A stretch of DNA of 64,000 bases from Thermodesulfobacteriota bacterium. GTDB taxonomy: Bacteria; Desulfobacterota; Desulfobacteria; Desulfobacterales; SURF-7. Made by a program: the position numbers and the translations under genes. The stretch is taken from positions 137,737-201,736 of the forward strand of contig JBMORA010000063.1 in NCBI GenBank assembly GCA_049320885.1, read 5' to 3'. A model generated the notes under the pieces. That model ran no database searches, was not told the DNA's origin, and saw nothing but the letters and a program-made list of their open reading frames with translations. Of this stretch, positions 1-9,969 are shown piece after piece; position 1 is the stretch's first letter, and each line of letters opens with the position of its first letter.

Positions 1-581
1 TGGGATTCATAGGTGGTCTTGAAAAGGTCCATGCCGGCGGCATGACAGATCACTTCCGCAGCTTCAGCGACCTTGATCTTGCGGATATGAATCACGAGGT
101 CGTAGAGACTCGAATCCCAGGTATCGATGCCGTAAAGGGTTCTGCTCCACTGCTGCCTTTCCAGGTCGTCTTTTTTCAGCATTTTGATGGCCGTTTCCAC
201 GGGTATGCCGTCCCGCTCCGCCTCCAGCCTGGCGCGCTCATTGATCTCCGCGATGATCCGGACTTTCAGGGCATGGGCAACTCCCTGCAGGAAGAAATGC
301 CCCGCCAGACCGTGATACACCACGTTGTCGCGCTTGAGGTATTTCAGGAACGCGGCTTCAAAATAGGCGATATACCGCTCCCGGCCGTAGGTGAAGCGGT
401 CCAGTATGGAAGGGGCGTCATGAATCGCCCGCTCCATCCGGATCTCCGGGATGTTGAATTCCCGGGAGGCCTCCAGCAGCATTTCCCGGCCGACGCATTG
501 GAAACCCAGTTTTTTCGCCACCAGCTCCGCCACGTCTCGGCCATGACTGAAAGAACCTCTCGAAATCGTTATAATGGCCAT
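1..581 (-). CDS. cytidylate kinase-like family protein (3' end outside window)
   Basis: Not in the ORF track because it runs off the left edge. My minus-strand translation from ATG (complement of 579-581) gives MAIITISRGSFSHGRDVAELVAKKLGFQCVGREMLLEASREFNIPEIRMERAIHD... A GGAGGAG RBS lies just upstream. The N-terminal pattern resembles Cytidylate_kin2-type proteins. Confidence 0.5.
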   Translation of the reverse strand, partial: MAIITISRGSFSHGRDVAELVAKKLGFQCVGREMLLEASREFNIPEIRMERAIHDAPSILDRFTYGRERYIAYFEAAFLKYLKRDNVVYHGLAGHFFLQGVAHALKVRIIAEINERARLEAERDGIPVETAIKMLKKDDLERQQWSRTLYGIDTWDSSLYDLVIHIRKIKVAEAAEVICHAAGMDLFKTTYES

Positions 582-778
582 AGGCTCCTCCTTTTTCTTG
601 AACGAACCTTTTTATCATATTCCTCTGCCGGTGCATTGAAAAGGAAAAATATCAATCCATTTTTTTCGCTGTCGATATCACACCCGCGGAATACCGATTT
701 CAACCCGCACACGGTCGACCATGGCATTCTTTCCGGCCCCGCCTGAAAAATGGGTAACGTTTTCCTTTCCGGGATCGC

Positions 779-1798
779 ATGATTTTCGTGCTGGCGGAAC
801 TGAACAGGATGACTTATAAAGAGTTTAGCATGTATAATCGTACCTCTTTTGACGTCATGAAAGGAATGGTCGCCATGGATTCTTCACCCGGCCGTGACGG
901 AGGGAAACCGCGAATCCCTGTTTTGGCTGTTTTGTTGTCCCTGGGCGCCACCGGTCTGGGGCAGATCTACTGCGGAAAACTGACCAAAGGTCTGGTTCTC
1001 TTCTTTCTCAGTTTTGCCTTTGCCCCCATTATTGTCAATACGGCCGCGGCTAGTTCCTCCGAATGGGCTCCGGTGGCGGTTATTCTTTCCCTGGCACTAC
1101 TGTTTTCGGTCTTTTTGTATGCCATGGCGGACGCCTACCTGCTTGCGAAACGGGAACGCCGGGGCTACCAGCTGAAAGAATACAATCGCTGGTACCTCTA
1201 TCTCCTGTTCGTCCTGGTTTCCACCACCTATCCGGCCAACCTGGCCCATACCATCCGGGAGCAAATCCTCCAGGCCTATAAAATCCCTTCCGCCAGCATG
1301 GTTCCCAATATTCTGCCCGGCGACTATGTTCTGTTGAACAAAACGGTTTATCGGAAACGGTCGCCGCAAATCGGCGAAATCGTCGTTTTCATCCCCCCCA
1401 GCCAACGGCATTCGCGCCATATCAAACGCATCGCGGCCTTGCCCGGGGACACGGTGGAGATCAAGGAAAACAAGCTCCGGGTCAATGACCGTCCCGTGAT
1501 TTTCCAACCCGCCGGGGGTATCGAGGGCCTGGATATCCGGAATACTTTTCCCGGCAAATTCATCGGGGAGGTGAACGGTGAGGCCAGCTATTCCATCCGG
1601 CTCGCCAAGGAACCGCTGGCGGATTTTCCCAAAACCACCGTCCCCGACGGTCATTGCTTTCTTCTGGGCGACAACCGCCCGGACAGCCGGGACAGCCGCC
1701 ATTTCGGTCCGGTGCCGCTGGCGGATGTCAAAGGACGGGTGGACTTTATTTATTATCCGGCTGTCTCCTGGAAACGCTTCGGGTGGTATCGGGATTAA
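779..1798 (+). CDS. lepB: signal peptidase I (S26) with multi-TM N-terminal extension
   Basis: S26 boxes are present: IPSASMVPNILPGDYVLLNK (Ser box), HIKRIAALPGD (Lys box) and GDNRPDSRDSRHFGPVP. About 150 aa of hydrophobic N-terminal extension precede them. Which in-frame Met is the true start is uncertain. Confidence 0.85.
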   Translation: MIFVLAELNRMTYKEFSMYNRTSFDVMKGMVAMDSSPGRDGGKPRIPVLAVLLSLGATGLGQIYCGKLTKGLVLFFLSFAFAPIIVNTAAASSSEWAPVAVILSLALLFSVFLYAMADAYLLAKRERRGYQLKEYNRWYLYLLFVLVSTTYPANLAHTIREQILQAYKIPSASMVPNILPGDYVLLNKTVYRKRSPQIGEIVVFIPPSQRHSRHIKRIAALPGDTVEIKENKLRVNDRPVIFQPAGGIEGLDIRNTFPGKFIGEVNGEASYSIRLAKEPLADFPKTTVPDGHCFLLGDNRPDSRDSRHFGPVPLADVKGRVDFIYYPAVSWKRFGWYRD

Positions 1799-1809
1799 TG
1801 CGGATGAAA

Positions 1810-2718
1810 TCACTTATCCTGGGCGTCCATGGTTAACCGGTTGCGGCCGCCTTTTTTGCTCTGGTAGAGCAACGTATCCGCGCGTTTCAGGAGGGCAAGG
1901 GGATCGTCCGGCGATCCGGCCAGGGTGGCGCCCAGGGAAACCGTCACATGCAGCAGCTTCCCGTCGACTTTGATGCGTGTCTTTTCAACAAGCGCCCGGG
2001 TGCGCTCGCCGATATGCCGCAAAGCCGGCGCATCCACATTGCGGAAAACACCGATAAACTCTTCTCCGCCCCATCTGCCGAACAGGTCGAAGGGCCTGGT
2101 ATTGACCGCCAGGGTTTTGGACACGGTTTTCAACACCAGATCACCCGCATCATGACCATGGGTATCGTTGACCTGCTTGAAATGATCGATATCCAGCAGA
2201 ATGACGCCGAAAGCCAGGCCATCCCGTTCCTTTTCGGCGAACCGGCGTTGCAATTCCAGTTCGGCATAACGCCTGTTGGCCAGCTGGGTGAGGGTGTCCA
2301 GAAACGCCAGCCGTTCCAACTCCTCGATTTTCGACCGCATGACATCCTGGGGACTGGTGTCGCTGAAAAATTCCGCGCTGCCGATGATGTCGCCCTGCCG
2401 GTTCCGCAGGGGTGTCACCCGAACCCAGACCGGCACCCGGTGTCCGTCCTTGTGATGCAGGAACAGCTCAGCGGCCCGGTTCGCGCCGTCTTCGATGGTC
2501 CTGGCCAGCGGGCAATTCCCCAGGCACAGGGTCTCTCCCTGATCGTTCACATGCATCAGGATATCATCCCAGCAATGCATGCCGAGCACTTCCCGGGAGG
2601 CAAATCCGGTGATCCGCTCCGCCGCCTTGTTCCAGTAAATGATCCTGCGGTCGGGATCCACGAAATACAACCCGTCCTGAATATTCTCCATCAGATTGTT
2701 GAAATCGAAATCCATCAT
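1810..2718 (-). CDS. PAS-domain diguanylate cyclase (GGDEF)
   Basis: The N-terminus is PAS-like (YFVDPDRRIIYWNKAAERITGF). The C-terminal GGDEF domain has an RWGGEEF active-site motif and DIDHFKQVNDTHGHDAGD. Confidence 0.85.
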   Translation of the reverse strand: MMDFDFNNLMENIQDGLYFVDPDRRIIYWNKAAERITGFASREVLGMHCWDDILMHVNDQGETLCLGNCPLARTIEDGANRAAELFLHHKDGHRVPVWVRVTPLRNRQGDIIGSAEFFSDTSPQDVMRSKIEELERLAFLDTLTQLANRRYAELELQRRFAEKERDGLAFGVILLDIDHFKQVNDTHGHDAGDLVLKTVSKTLAVNTRPFDLFGRWGGEEFIGVFRNVDAPALRHIGERTRALVEKTRIKVDGKLLHVTVSLGATLAGSPDDPLALLKRADTLLYQSKKGGRNRLTMDAQDK

Positions 2719-2745
2719 GCCGGCCGCCTGCTCATTTCATGGTAG

Positions 2746-2769
2746 AGGGACGGCCGGACGGCCGTCCCT
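2746..2769 (-). terminator. GC-rich hairpin downstream of nrfA (possible terminator, no U-tract)
   Basis: AGGGACGGCCG / CGGCCGTCCCT is a perfect 11-nt inverted repeat with a 2-nt centre, 32 nt after the nrfA stop on the minus strand. No U-run follows on the minus strand. Confidence 0.3.
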
Positions 2770-2800
2770 TTGCTGCGAACAGTGGGAATCACCTCCCGGA

Positions 2801-4351
2801 TCAATTCGCCAATCGTTTGTTGCCTTCCCACATTTTCGCCGTCTTGGGAGACAGCGTCAGATATTGGAACCATGGATGACTCTTCAAATGTTCCGGATCC
2901 ATTTGCAGTTCCCGGCTGTGGCGCAGAATGGGGGCCACGATTTTGCGGATATCGCCGTCCAGGTCCTTGGCGATGGTGAAGGCAGCGGCCCGGACAGCCG
3001 CATCCACCGCTTTTTGACTGAACTGCTGGGATTGGGCCAATGTATGCATGGCCTTGGTCGGGTTGTGGAAACCCACGCTGTTTTCCGCGGATACATAATC
3101 CCAGAAAAATTGTCCTTTGCGGCACCACTGCCGGGCCTCAATCAGCTTCTCCTCGTAATCGGCCGGTTTTTCCCCCTGGTATTCCGACGCCAGCCGGATG
3201 GCCTCATGGGCCTTGACGGAGATGTCCTGGGCCGTCATCAGCTGTTCCCAGACCTTATGCTGGGTAAACAGCACCCGTTCCCGCAGGAAAGCGGGGGTTT
3301 TATCCGTATGGCACTGGCGGCAGGCCTTGAGATCCGGATCCTTGAGCGGCGAAGTCCAGTGATGGGAGGAGATTTTTTTCTTTCCATCCAGGCGGACATA
3401 ACTCATGTGGCAATCGGCGCAGACGACTCCGGCGGCCCCGTGGACCCCGTTGGACCACATTTCGTATTCCGGGTGCTGGGCCTTGAGCATGGGCGTCTTG
3501 GAAACCGGATGGGTCCAATCCACGAAATTGCCTTCAAAACCCTTGAGGGCGCATTCGCCGTGCGTTTTGTAATACGTATAGATTTGTTCCGGGTCGAACC
3601 CTTCGGTCCAGGGGAAAACCGGTTTTTTGGCCGGACCGAAACTCTTGTCCTGAAAATAATATTCCACATGGCACTGCCCGCAGACCAATGCGCGCTGTTC
3701 GTTGCGCGGCAGGCTCTTGAACTCCTTGCCCTGGCCAGCCAGATAGTCCTTCAACGGAACGCTGTACAGCCGCAGTTCCATATTCCGGGGATCATGGCAG
3801 TTGGCGCAGCCGATGGTGTCCTCCTCCAGGTCGACTTTTTCCCGGAATTCGTTGAAATCCTTTGCCCAGTAATCGTCCCCGTTCTCCTTGAGAAAAGTGT
3901 TCATCTTGGCGGTTTTGCAGTTCATGCAGGTGGCGGGAAGCCCGGCCTTCACGTCATAGCGGTTCAGGCGGTCGATGTTCAGGATATCCTTCATGGCGTA
4001 GGTATGGCCCCGGGCGGCCCGGTATTCGTAGCTGAAGGGGTAGCCCAGCCAGAGATTTTTCAAATAGGGCTGGGCGTGTTTATACCCCTCGGGCAGGGGA
4101 TTGACATTGTCATGTTTGTTATAGGCCACGGAGCCGCCGTACTCGGTCATGATCTCCGATTCATTGTTCCGGAGGTAGGTTTCATAGTGCAGGGGGAATT
4201 CCGGTTTGAAGGCGGAGTTGCGGATTTCCTCCTCGGACAGCTCGGTCTGATATACGGGCGTCGCCGGTTCCTGGACATCCGCGCATCCGTTGACGAAAGG
4301 CAAAGCGGTAAGGATCAGAACGAGAATCATGGGGATAGCGGTGTTACGCAT
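2801..4351 (-). CDS. nrfA: ammonia-forming cytochrome c nitrite reductase, pentahaem catalytic subunit
   Basis: There are five haem sites: CMNCK (the CXXCK site diagnostic of NrfA), CANCH, CGQCH(VEYYF), CADCH and CRQCH. It has an N-terminal signal/lipobox-like sequence (LPFVNGCA). The start overlaps the nrfH stop by 8 nt. Confidence 0.93.
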   Translation of the reverse strand: MRNTAIPMILVLILTALPFVNGCADVQEPATPVYQTELSEEEIRNSAFKPEFPLHYETYLRNNESEIMTEYGGSVAYNKHDNVNPLPEGYKHAQPYLKNLWLGYPFSYEYRAARGHTYAMKDILNIDRLNRYDVKAGLPATCMNCKTAKMNTFLKENGDDYWAKDFNEFREKVDLEEDTIGCANCHDPRNMELRLYSVPLKDYLAGQGKEFKSLPRNEQRALVCGQCHVEYYFQDKSFGPAKKPVFPWTEGFDPEQIYTYYKTHGECALKGFEGNFVDWTHPVSKTPMLKAQHPEYEMWSNGVHGAAGVVCADCHMSYVRLDGKKKISSHHWTSPLKDPDLKACRQCHTDKTPAFLRERVLFTQHKVWEQLMTAQDISVKAHEAIRLASEYQGEKPADYEEKLIEARQWCRKGQFFWDYVSAENSVGFHNPTKAMHTLAQSQQFSQKAVDAAVRAAAFTIAKDLDGDIRKIVAPILRHSRELQMDPEHLKSHPWFQYLTLSPKTAKMWEGNKRLAN

Positions 4352-4817
4352 CGGCGGCGCTCCTTTTGGCTACGGGGATTCTGAGGGTATGGGGTACATG
4401 GCGGTGACAATCCGTGCAATAAGGCTTGGCGGTCATGTTCACCCCTTCAAAAACGGCTCCGTGACATCGCCGGCAGTTTTCCCGGACAACCGCTCGGGTC
4501 TCAACGCCGGCATGAATCAGATCGGGAATGCTGCTGGTCGCCGTCGCTGCGATATCACGCAGGCCTTCCTTGGTCTTGAAGGGAATCTTGGCGGCCAGGT
4601 TATGGGGCGCATGACATTCGTTGCAGGACAACTTGGCATGCAATGACTTGGAGTGGGTCAGCATTGCTTCGGACATGGAATGGCAGCCACCGCAGAAACC
4701 GGGCTGATCCGTGGTCGTCATCGCCAGGGAGGAACCGATGGTGATTCCGGCGCCGGCAATCAACGCCAGGAAGATGACGCCCCATATTGCGGCGCCTCCT
4801 GTTGGTTTCAAGCTCAT
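4344..4817 (-). CDS. nrfH: cytochrome c nitrite reductase small subunit, tetrahaem NapC/NirT-type
   Basis: It has one N-terminal TM helix and four CXXCH sites (CGGCH, CNECH, CRRCH, CTDCH). I prefer the ATG at 4817 (MSLKP...), which is preceded by GGAGGG, over the track start at 4832. Confidence 0.88.
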   Translation of the reverse strand: MSLKPTGGAAIWGVIFLALIAGAGITIGSSLAMTTTDQPGFCGGCHSMSEAMLTHSKSLHAKLSCNECHAPHNLAAKIPFKTKEGLRDIAATATSSIPDLIHAGVETRAVVRENCRRCHGAVFEGVNMTAKPYCTDCHRHVPHTLRIPVAKRSAADA

Positions 4818-5076
4818 ATTCCCTCCATGCATGGATGTAACGCCGGTCTTCCGGCAGTTAGGGCACTCCCGTCATCAGGATAAACACGGATTTCCGCCGA
4901 TCGGACTCCGCCCGATGGTCGCTGCGCAATTTGGTTTCGGGATGGAAAAGACGGTGGCTCTTCCGTACGCCGCCACTGCGGGAGAAGCAGAAAAGCCCGG
5001 CTTGAAATGGTTTTTTAACAGGTTGAAAATCTAGTGTCAATTCAAAAAATGCAGGCACCTGCCCCACTCCGGCCCG

Positions 5077-6504
5077 TCACCCGGCCGGCGAAAGGGACTT
5101 GACGATGTCACCGAGAAGGCGGATGCCGTTTTCCATTTCCGCGGTAAAGGGATGACCGCAGCTGATACGGAGGCAGTTCCGGTATTTCCCGGTTCCGGAA
5201 CAGATCAGGCCCGGGGCGACGAAAATCCGGTTTTCCTTGGCCAGTTCGAACACCTGCATTCCGTCAACGCCCGGCTCCATTTCCACCCACAGCACAAATC
5301 CGCCCCTGGGAGCGGTCAGCCGGGTTTGGGCGGGAAAATACCGGGCCACCGCCTGGGCCGTGTTGGCCATCTGGTGCTTCACGTTTTTTCGCAACTTGCG
5401 CAGATGCCGATCATAGGCGCCTTCCTTCAGAAAAGCGGCGATGATCAATTGGTTCAATTTGGAAGTGGTCATGGAGGAATTGATTTTCAGCCGTTTGACC
5501 TGGGGCATGAAGCGTCCCGGCAGGGTCCAGCCGATGCGCAGATCCGGGGCCAAAGTTTTGGAAAAGGAGGAGCAATGCAGCACCATGCCTTTCCGGTCGT
5601 GACTTTTCAAGGTCGCGGGCCGGGAATCGCCGAAATACAGATCGCCGTATATGTCGTCTTCGATGATGGGGATGTTCCGGCGAGCCATCATGGCCACCAG
5701 TTCCTGCTTGGCCGCGTCGGGCATTTCAAAACCCAGCGGATTCTGAAAATTGGGATTGAGAATGCAGGCACTGACCCGGTTTTTCTTGATGGCCTGTCCC
5801 ACGGAAGCCAAATCGATTCCGGTTTCCGGATCGGTGGGCGTCTCCAGGGCATACATATTCAGGTCCTCGATGAGTTGCAGGTAGCAGACAAACGTCGGCG
5901 ACTCCACCAGGACCGTGTCTCCGGTTCTGGCAACGGCCCGCAGGCAAAGCTGGACCGCCTCCATGCAGCCGCTGGTGATCAGGATGTCGTCCTCATGGGT
6001 TTCGGGATGGAATCCGACGGATCTTCTGCTGATCTGCCGCCGGAGCAGAGGACTGCCGGTGGGCGGGCCGTAACCGATGTCCGCATTTCGAATGTAGCGG
6101 CCGCAGACGGAACGTATGGTTTTGGCCAGGGCCTTGACGGGCATCAATTCCGCCGCCGCCACGGCGGTTCCCAGCGGCAGCAGGCCCGGGTCGGCGGCGG
6201 ACTCCAGGATAAACTCCACCAGCGCGTTGACCGACACCTTCCTGGGACCTGCAGATGGTCTTTTCATCGTCGGCCGGGGCAGGATCGCGTCCATGCGGGG
6301 CCGGACATAAAAACCGGATTTATGGCGCGCCTCCACCATGCCGCGCTTTTCCAGCTCGATATAGGCGTGATAGACCGTGGAAAGACTCAGGCCCGTGTTG
6401 GCGTGCAAATCCCGGAGGGAAGGCAGTTTTTCCCCGGCCCGGAAGCCGCCGTTTTCGATTTTTCCCCCGATTTCATCCGCGAGACCGATGTACCGGAACG
6501 ACAT
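5077..6504 (-). CDS. MocR/GabR/PdxR-type transcriptional regulator (GntR wHTH fused to aminotransferase-fold domain)
   Basis: The N-terminal wHTH is LPSLRDLHANTGLSLSTVYHAYIELEKRGMV. The C-terminal fold-type I PLP domain contains SFSKTLAPDLRIGW. It is divergent from an aminotransferase gene. Confidence 0.85.
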   Translation of the reverse strand: MSFRYIGLADEIGGKIENGGFRAGEKLPSLRDLHANTGLSLSTVYHAYIELEKRGMVEARHKSGFYVRPRMDAILPRPTMKRPSAGPRKVSVNALVEFILESAADPGLLPLGTAVAAAELMPVKALAKTIRSVCGRYIRNADIGYGPPTGSPLLRRQISRRSVGFHPETHEDDILITSGCMEAVQLCLRAVARTGDTVLVESPTFVCYLQLIEDLNMYALETPTDPETGIDLASVGQAIKKNRVSACILNPNFQNPLGFEMPDAAKQELVAMMARRNIPIIEDDIYGDLYFGDSRPATLKSHDRKGMVLHCSSFSKTLAPDLRIGWTLPGRFMPQVKRLKINSSMTTSKLNQLIIAAFLKEGAYDRHLRKLRKNVKHQMANTAQAVARYFPAQTRLTAPRGGFVLWVEMEPGVDGMQVFELAKENRIFVAPGLICSGTGKYRNCLRISCGHPFTAEMENGIRLLGDIVKSLSPAG

Positions 6505-6522
6505 CTTGCCCCATCATCTGTT

Positions 6523-6598
6523 ATGATATTTTATGTCATTTTCTGTGTCTGTTATTATTTATGCCGGCGGATACCATATTTCAACAATAAAATATCAT
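6523..6598. promoter_or_regulatory. candidate MocR operator: 12-nt perfect inverted repeat pair in divergent spacer
   Basis: ATGATATTTTAT (6523-6534) and its exact reverse complement ATAAAATATCAT (6587-6598) lie 52 nt apart. An ATACCA hexamer sits at 6571-6576. Confidence 0.3.
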
Positions 6599-6608
6599 TG
6601 ACAGCGAA

Positions 6609-7835
6609 ATGGATTTTGAGCGCATACCCATCCACAACCAGAGAGACGTAAGAACCATGCGAACCGAACAACTCCTTGCCCGTCGAACCCGGAACATGAA
6701 TGTCAATTTCCTGCGGGAAATTCTGAAAACCGCCTCCCAACCCGGCATGATGTCCCTTGCCGGCGGAGTGCCGGCACCGGAAAGTTTTCCCCTGGAAATG
6801 ATCATCGAGCTGTCCGCTTCCGTCCTGCGTAAATACGGGGCCGGCGCCTTGCAATACGGCCCTTCCGAAGGTTTTGGTCCGCTGCGGGAAGCCTTGTCCC
6901 GCCATCTGGAGCAAAACAGCATCCCCGCCGCACCGGACGACATCTTGATTTCCAGCGGTTCCCAGGGCGCCCTGGACGCGGTGGCCAAAATTCTGGTTTC
7001 CAGGGGGGACAGGGTGGCGATCGAATCCCCCACCTATCTGGGGGCATTGCATGCCTTCAATCCCTACGAACCGGAATATGTGCGGCTGGAAGCCGACGAG
7101 CACGGGCCGACACCGGAAGGCCTGCGGCGGATTCTAAAACAGGGGAAGATAAAATTTATCTACCTGGTTCCCACCTTCCAGAACCCCACGGGCAAGACCA
7201 TCCCGCTTCACCGGCGACAGGAGATCGCCGAGGTGATCAAGACCGGCAACGCTCTGTTGATCGAGGACGATCCCTACAGCGCCCTGCGATACGAGGGTGA
7301 TCCCATCCCGGCCATCCGGACCATGGCACCGGATCAAGTCATTTATCTGGGAACCCTCTCCAAAGTCCTGGCGCCCGGACTCCGGGTGGGATTCTGCCTG
7401 GCTCCGAACTGGGTGAAACGCTGGCTGGTGATCGCCAAACAGGGCATCGATCTGCACACCGGCTCATTGAGCCAGGCTCTGGCGGCGGAGTATCTTTCCG
7501 GAGGACATCTGGAGCGGCACCTGCCGAAAATCATCGCCCTTTACGCCCCGCGGCGGCAAGCCATGCTGGAATCGCTGGAAGCCTGTTTCCCGAAAAACTA
7601 TTCCTGGTCACGGCCCGATGGAGGGATGTTTGTGTGGGTCATGGGACCGAAAGAAATGGATATGGAACCGGTTTACGCGGAGGCATTGAAACGCGGGGTC
7701 GCCTTTGTTCCGGGACGATTTTTCCATATCGACGGAGGCGAGGGCCGGGAAACCATGCGGTTGAACTTCACCATGTTCGGCGAACGGGAGATCCGCCGGG
7801 CGGTGAAAACCATCGCGGATATCCTGGCCGGATGA
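6609..7835 (+). CDS. PLP-dependent aminotransferase, class I/II (2-aminoadipate/LysN-like)
   Basis: It contains NFLREILK, LSKVLAPGLRVGF (PLP-lysine region) and GGMFVW. An alternative start is at 6657 (MRTEQ). Confidence 0.8.
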   Translation: MDFERIPIHNQRDVRTMRTEQLLARRTRNMNVNFLREILKTASQPGMMSLAGGVPAPESFPLEMIIELSASVLRKYGAGALQYGPSEGFGPLREALSRHLEQNSIPAAPDDILISSGSQGALDAVAKILVSRGDRVAIESPTYLGALHAFNPYEPEYVRLEADEHGPTPEGLRRILKQGKIKFIYLVPTFQNPTGKTIPLHRRQEIAEVIKTGNALLIEDDPYSALRYEGDPIPAIRTMAPDQVIYLGTLSKVLAPGLRVGFCLAPNWVKRWLVIAKQGIDLHTGSLSQALAAEYLSGGHLERHLPKIIALYAPRRQAMLESLEACFPKNYSWSRPDGGMFVWVMGPKEMDMEPVYAEALKRGVAFVPGRFFHIDGGEGRETMRLNFTMFGEREIRRAVKTIADILAG

Positions 7836-7838
7836 TCG

Positions 7839-9932
7839 TCAGATGCCTTCTTCCGGATCGGCGACCACTTCCCAGGCATTCGGCGGATGCGGGAGAGCGG
7901 CCCGTTCCGCTGCGCGCGGAAGTTCGGCGGAGGAACTCGTTTCCTGCCGCCGCAGGGTGAAATGACGCAGCAAAGCCTTGACCTGGGCGGCCTGGGAAGC
8001 CAGCTCCTCGGCGGCTGACGAGGTTTCCTCCGCATGGGCCGTGTTCTGCTGGGTCACGCCGTCGATCTGGGACAGCCCCTGGTTGATCTGGGAAATCCCC
8101 TGGGCCTGCTCGTTGCTGGCGGAGGCGATTTCGCCCACCAGTTGGGCCACCCGGGAGACATCGGCATGGATCTGGGACAAGGTCTGGGATGTGGTGGCGA
8201 CAACGGCATCCCCGTCGGCGATGCGCTTCACGGTTTTCTCGATGAGTTGGGAAGTCTCTTCCGCCGCCTTGGCGCTTCGGCCTGCCAGGCTGCGGACCTC
8301 CTGGGCGACGACGGCAAATCCCTTGCCGTGTTTTCCGGCCCGGGCCGCCTCCACCGCCGCATTGAGAGCCAGCAGGTTGGTCTGAAACGCAATTCCTTCA
8401 ATGGCGCCGATGATCTTGCGGATCTCCTTGCTGGATTCGGTAATGGCGGTCATGGCCTCCGTGACGGATTGCATCTGCCGGACTCCTTCCTGGGCCGCCT
8501 GACTCGCCTTGACGGTCAAGGTCTCCGCCTGGCCGGCGCTGGCGGCGTTAACCGTTGTCTGGGAGCCGATCTCCGACATGGAGCTGGTGATCTCCTCCAG
8601 GGAAGAAGCCTGCTCGGTGGCGCCCTGGGAAAGGGACTGGCTGGAATCCGACACCTGGGCGGAACCCGCGGTCACCTGATTCACGGCGCCGGCGATCCGG
8701 GACAACACCCGGTTCAGGTTGTTGTTCATGGCCTGCAAGGATTTACCTAGACTGTCCTCTTCCGAACTGAGTTGGATCTCGTGGGTCAAATCGCCGTTGG
8801 CGATGTTTTCGGCCAGCCGTCCCTTGGCCTCCAGGCTGTCGGCCATGGCATCCAGCATGTCGGAGAGACGCCCGATCTCGTCGCTGCGGCCCAGTTTCAA
8901 CCGCCGGGACAGATCTCCCCGGCGGATGGCCTCGGCCAGTTCGATGGTGCGGGCAATCGGTCCGGCCAGCGAATGATAGATCAGGAAACCGATGCCTCCC
9001 AGCAGTGCAACCACCAGCGCCACGGAAACGATAATGATCAACTTGCTGATCCGTGCCGCTTTCCTGCCTTCGGTCTTTCCCAGTTCGACGATCTGATTGG
9101 CGACGGTTTTGGCTTTCTCCCCCGAGTCAACAATGCGGGCTATGGCCGCCTGGTTTTTCTGCCATAACCCGGTAATCGTTTGCTCAACGGCTTCGATCTC
9201 CTTCATATGATCGGCCGCTTTCCTCCAGTTGTCGCTGAAGGCTTCGACCTTGACGGCTTGAATGACAATCTCCGCGTTTTTGATTTCCACGTCGATTTTT
9301 TTCTTCAGGTCTTCCCGCACGGACTGATAGCGGCCCAGGTCGCCCGCCAGAAAAAGGTTTTCGGTAAGGTTGAGCATGACCTCGTTGCGGATGCCTAACA
9401 ACTGCCTGGCCTGCTTGCGGACGGCATCCTTCTCCGGCGGAATGACATCGCCGTTCAGGGAAAGTTCCGCCTCCTCGTCTTCTATCTTCTTGATCGTATC
9501 CTTCAAACGGGCGTCGAATTGCTGCAAGATGGCGCCAATTCTTTCCCGGGCCGCATTCATGTCCGTTGTGTCGGTGACGATGGCGTCGAAGAGCGGCGCG
9601 CTGTCCGATTCCGTCTGTTTCATCGCTTCGCACAACTCCCGTACCTTGGCATCTTCCGTAACCGCGACGGTTCTGTCGATGATGTCCCGGAAACGTTTTC
9701 GTTGCAGCCTGGATTCCTCGATCCGTTTGGTCTCCGGGGAGCGGATATAGCGTTCCTCGGTTCGGATGATGTCGGCGATCACGCCGGCCGCTTCGAGGCT
9801 GAGCAGGCCGATTTCATTGACCCGCTGGATGAAGCCTTGCGCATACTGCCCGATGCCGCCGATGACCAGCATGCCGAAAATCCCGATGACGGAAAGAAAG
9901 ACGATTTTCGCTTTGACGGAATGAAGGTTCAT
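7839..9932 (-). CDS. methyl-accepting chemotaxis protein
   Basis: It has an N-terminal TM, a long helical sensor region, a second TM and a HAMP domain. The conserved MCP hairpin is present: [45 protein letters not shown]. Confidence 0.9.
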   Translation of the reverse strand: MNLHSVKAKIVFLSVIGIFGMLVIGGIGQYAQGFIQRVNEIGLLSLEAAGVIADIIRTEERYIRSPETKRIEESRLQRKRFRDIIDRTVAVTEDAKVRELCEAMKQTESDSAPLFDAIVTDTTDMNAARERIGAILQQFDARLKDTIKKIEDEEAELSLNGDVIPPEKDAVRKQARQLLGIRNEVMLNLTENLFLAGDLGRYQSVREDLKKKIDVEIKNAEIVIQAVKVEAFSDNWRKAADHMKEIEAVEQTITGLWQKNQAAIARIVDSGEKAKTVANQIVELGKTEGRKAARISKLIIIVSVALVVALLGGIGFLIYHSLAGPIARTIELAEAIRRGDLSRRLKLGRSDEIGRLSDMLDAMADSLEAKGRLAENIANGDLTHEIQLSSEEDSLGKSLQAMNNNLNRVLSRIAGAVNQVTAGSAQVSDSSQSLSQGATEQASSLEEITSSMSEIGSQTTVNAASAGQAETLTVKASQAAQEGVRQMQSVTEAMTAITESSKEIRKIIGAIEGIAFQTNLLALNAAVEAARAGKHGKGFAVVAQEVRSLAGRSAKAAEETSQLIEKTVKRIADGDAVVATTSQTLSQIHADVSRVAQLVGEIASASNEQAQGISQINQGLSQIDGVTQQNTAHAEETSSAAEELASQAAQVKALLRHFTLRRQETSSSAELPRAAERAALPHPPNAWEVVADPEEGI

Positions 9933-9969
9933 GTTACCGATTCCATTTTCATGTAGATGGGGAGAGCGA

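Noticed and set aside
2696-4384. A 562-aa plus-strand ORF
   Set aside because: It lies exactly antisense to nrfA, which has five haem motifs. Its low-complexity Gly/Pro/Arg-rich sequence has no motifs. It is a typical open antisense frame of high-GC coding DNA.
5023-5040. TTGAAAatctagTGTCAA palindrome upstream of nrfH as an FNR/CRP/HcpR-type site
   Set aside because: The spacing is TTGA-N10-TCAA, not the TTGAT-N4-ATCAA geometry. The centre is not symmetric. It lies about 190 nt from the start codon.
5044-5064. GCAGG-tg-CCTGC followed by ATTTTTT on the minus strand, as a terminator of the MocR gene
   Set aside because: The stem is only 4-5 bp with a 2-4 nt loop, which is too weak to call.
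5152-6651. A 499-aa plus-strand ORF
   Set aside because: It is antisense to the MocR regulator gene, has biased composition, and has no RBS or domain signature.
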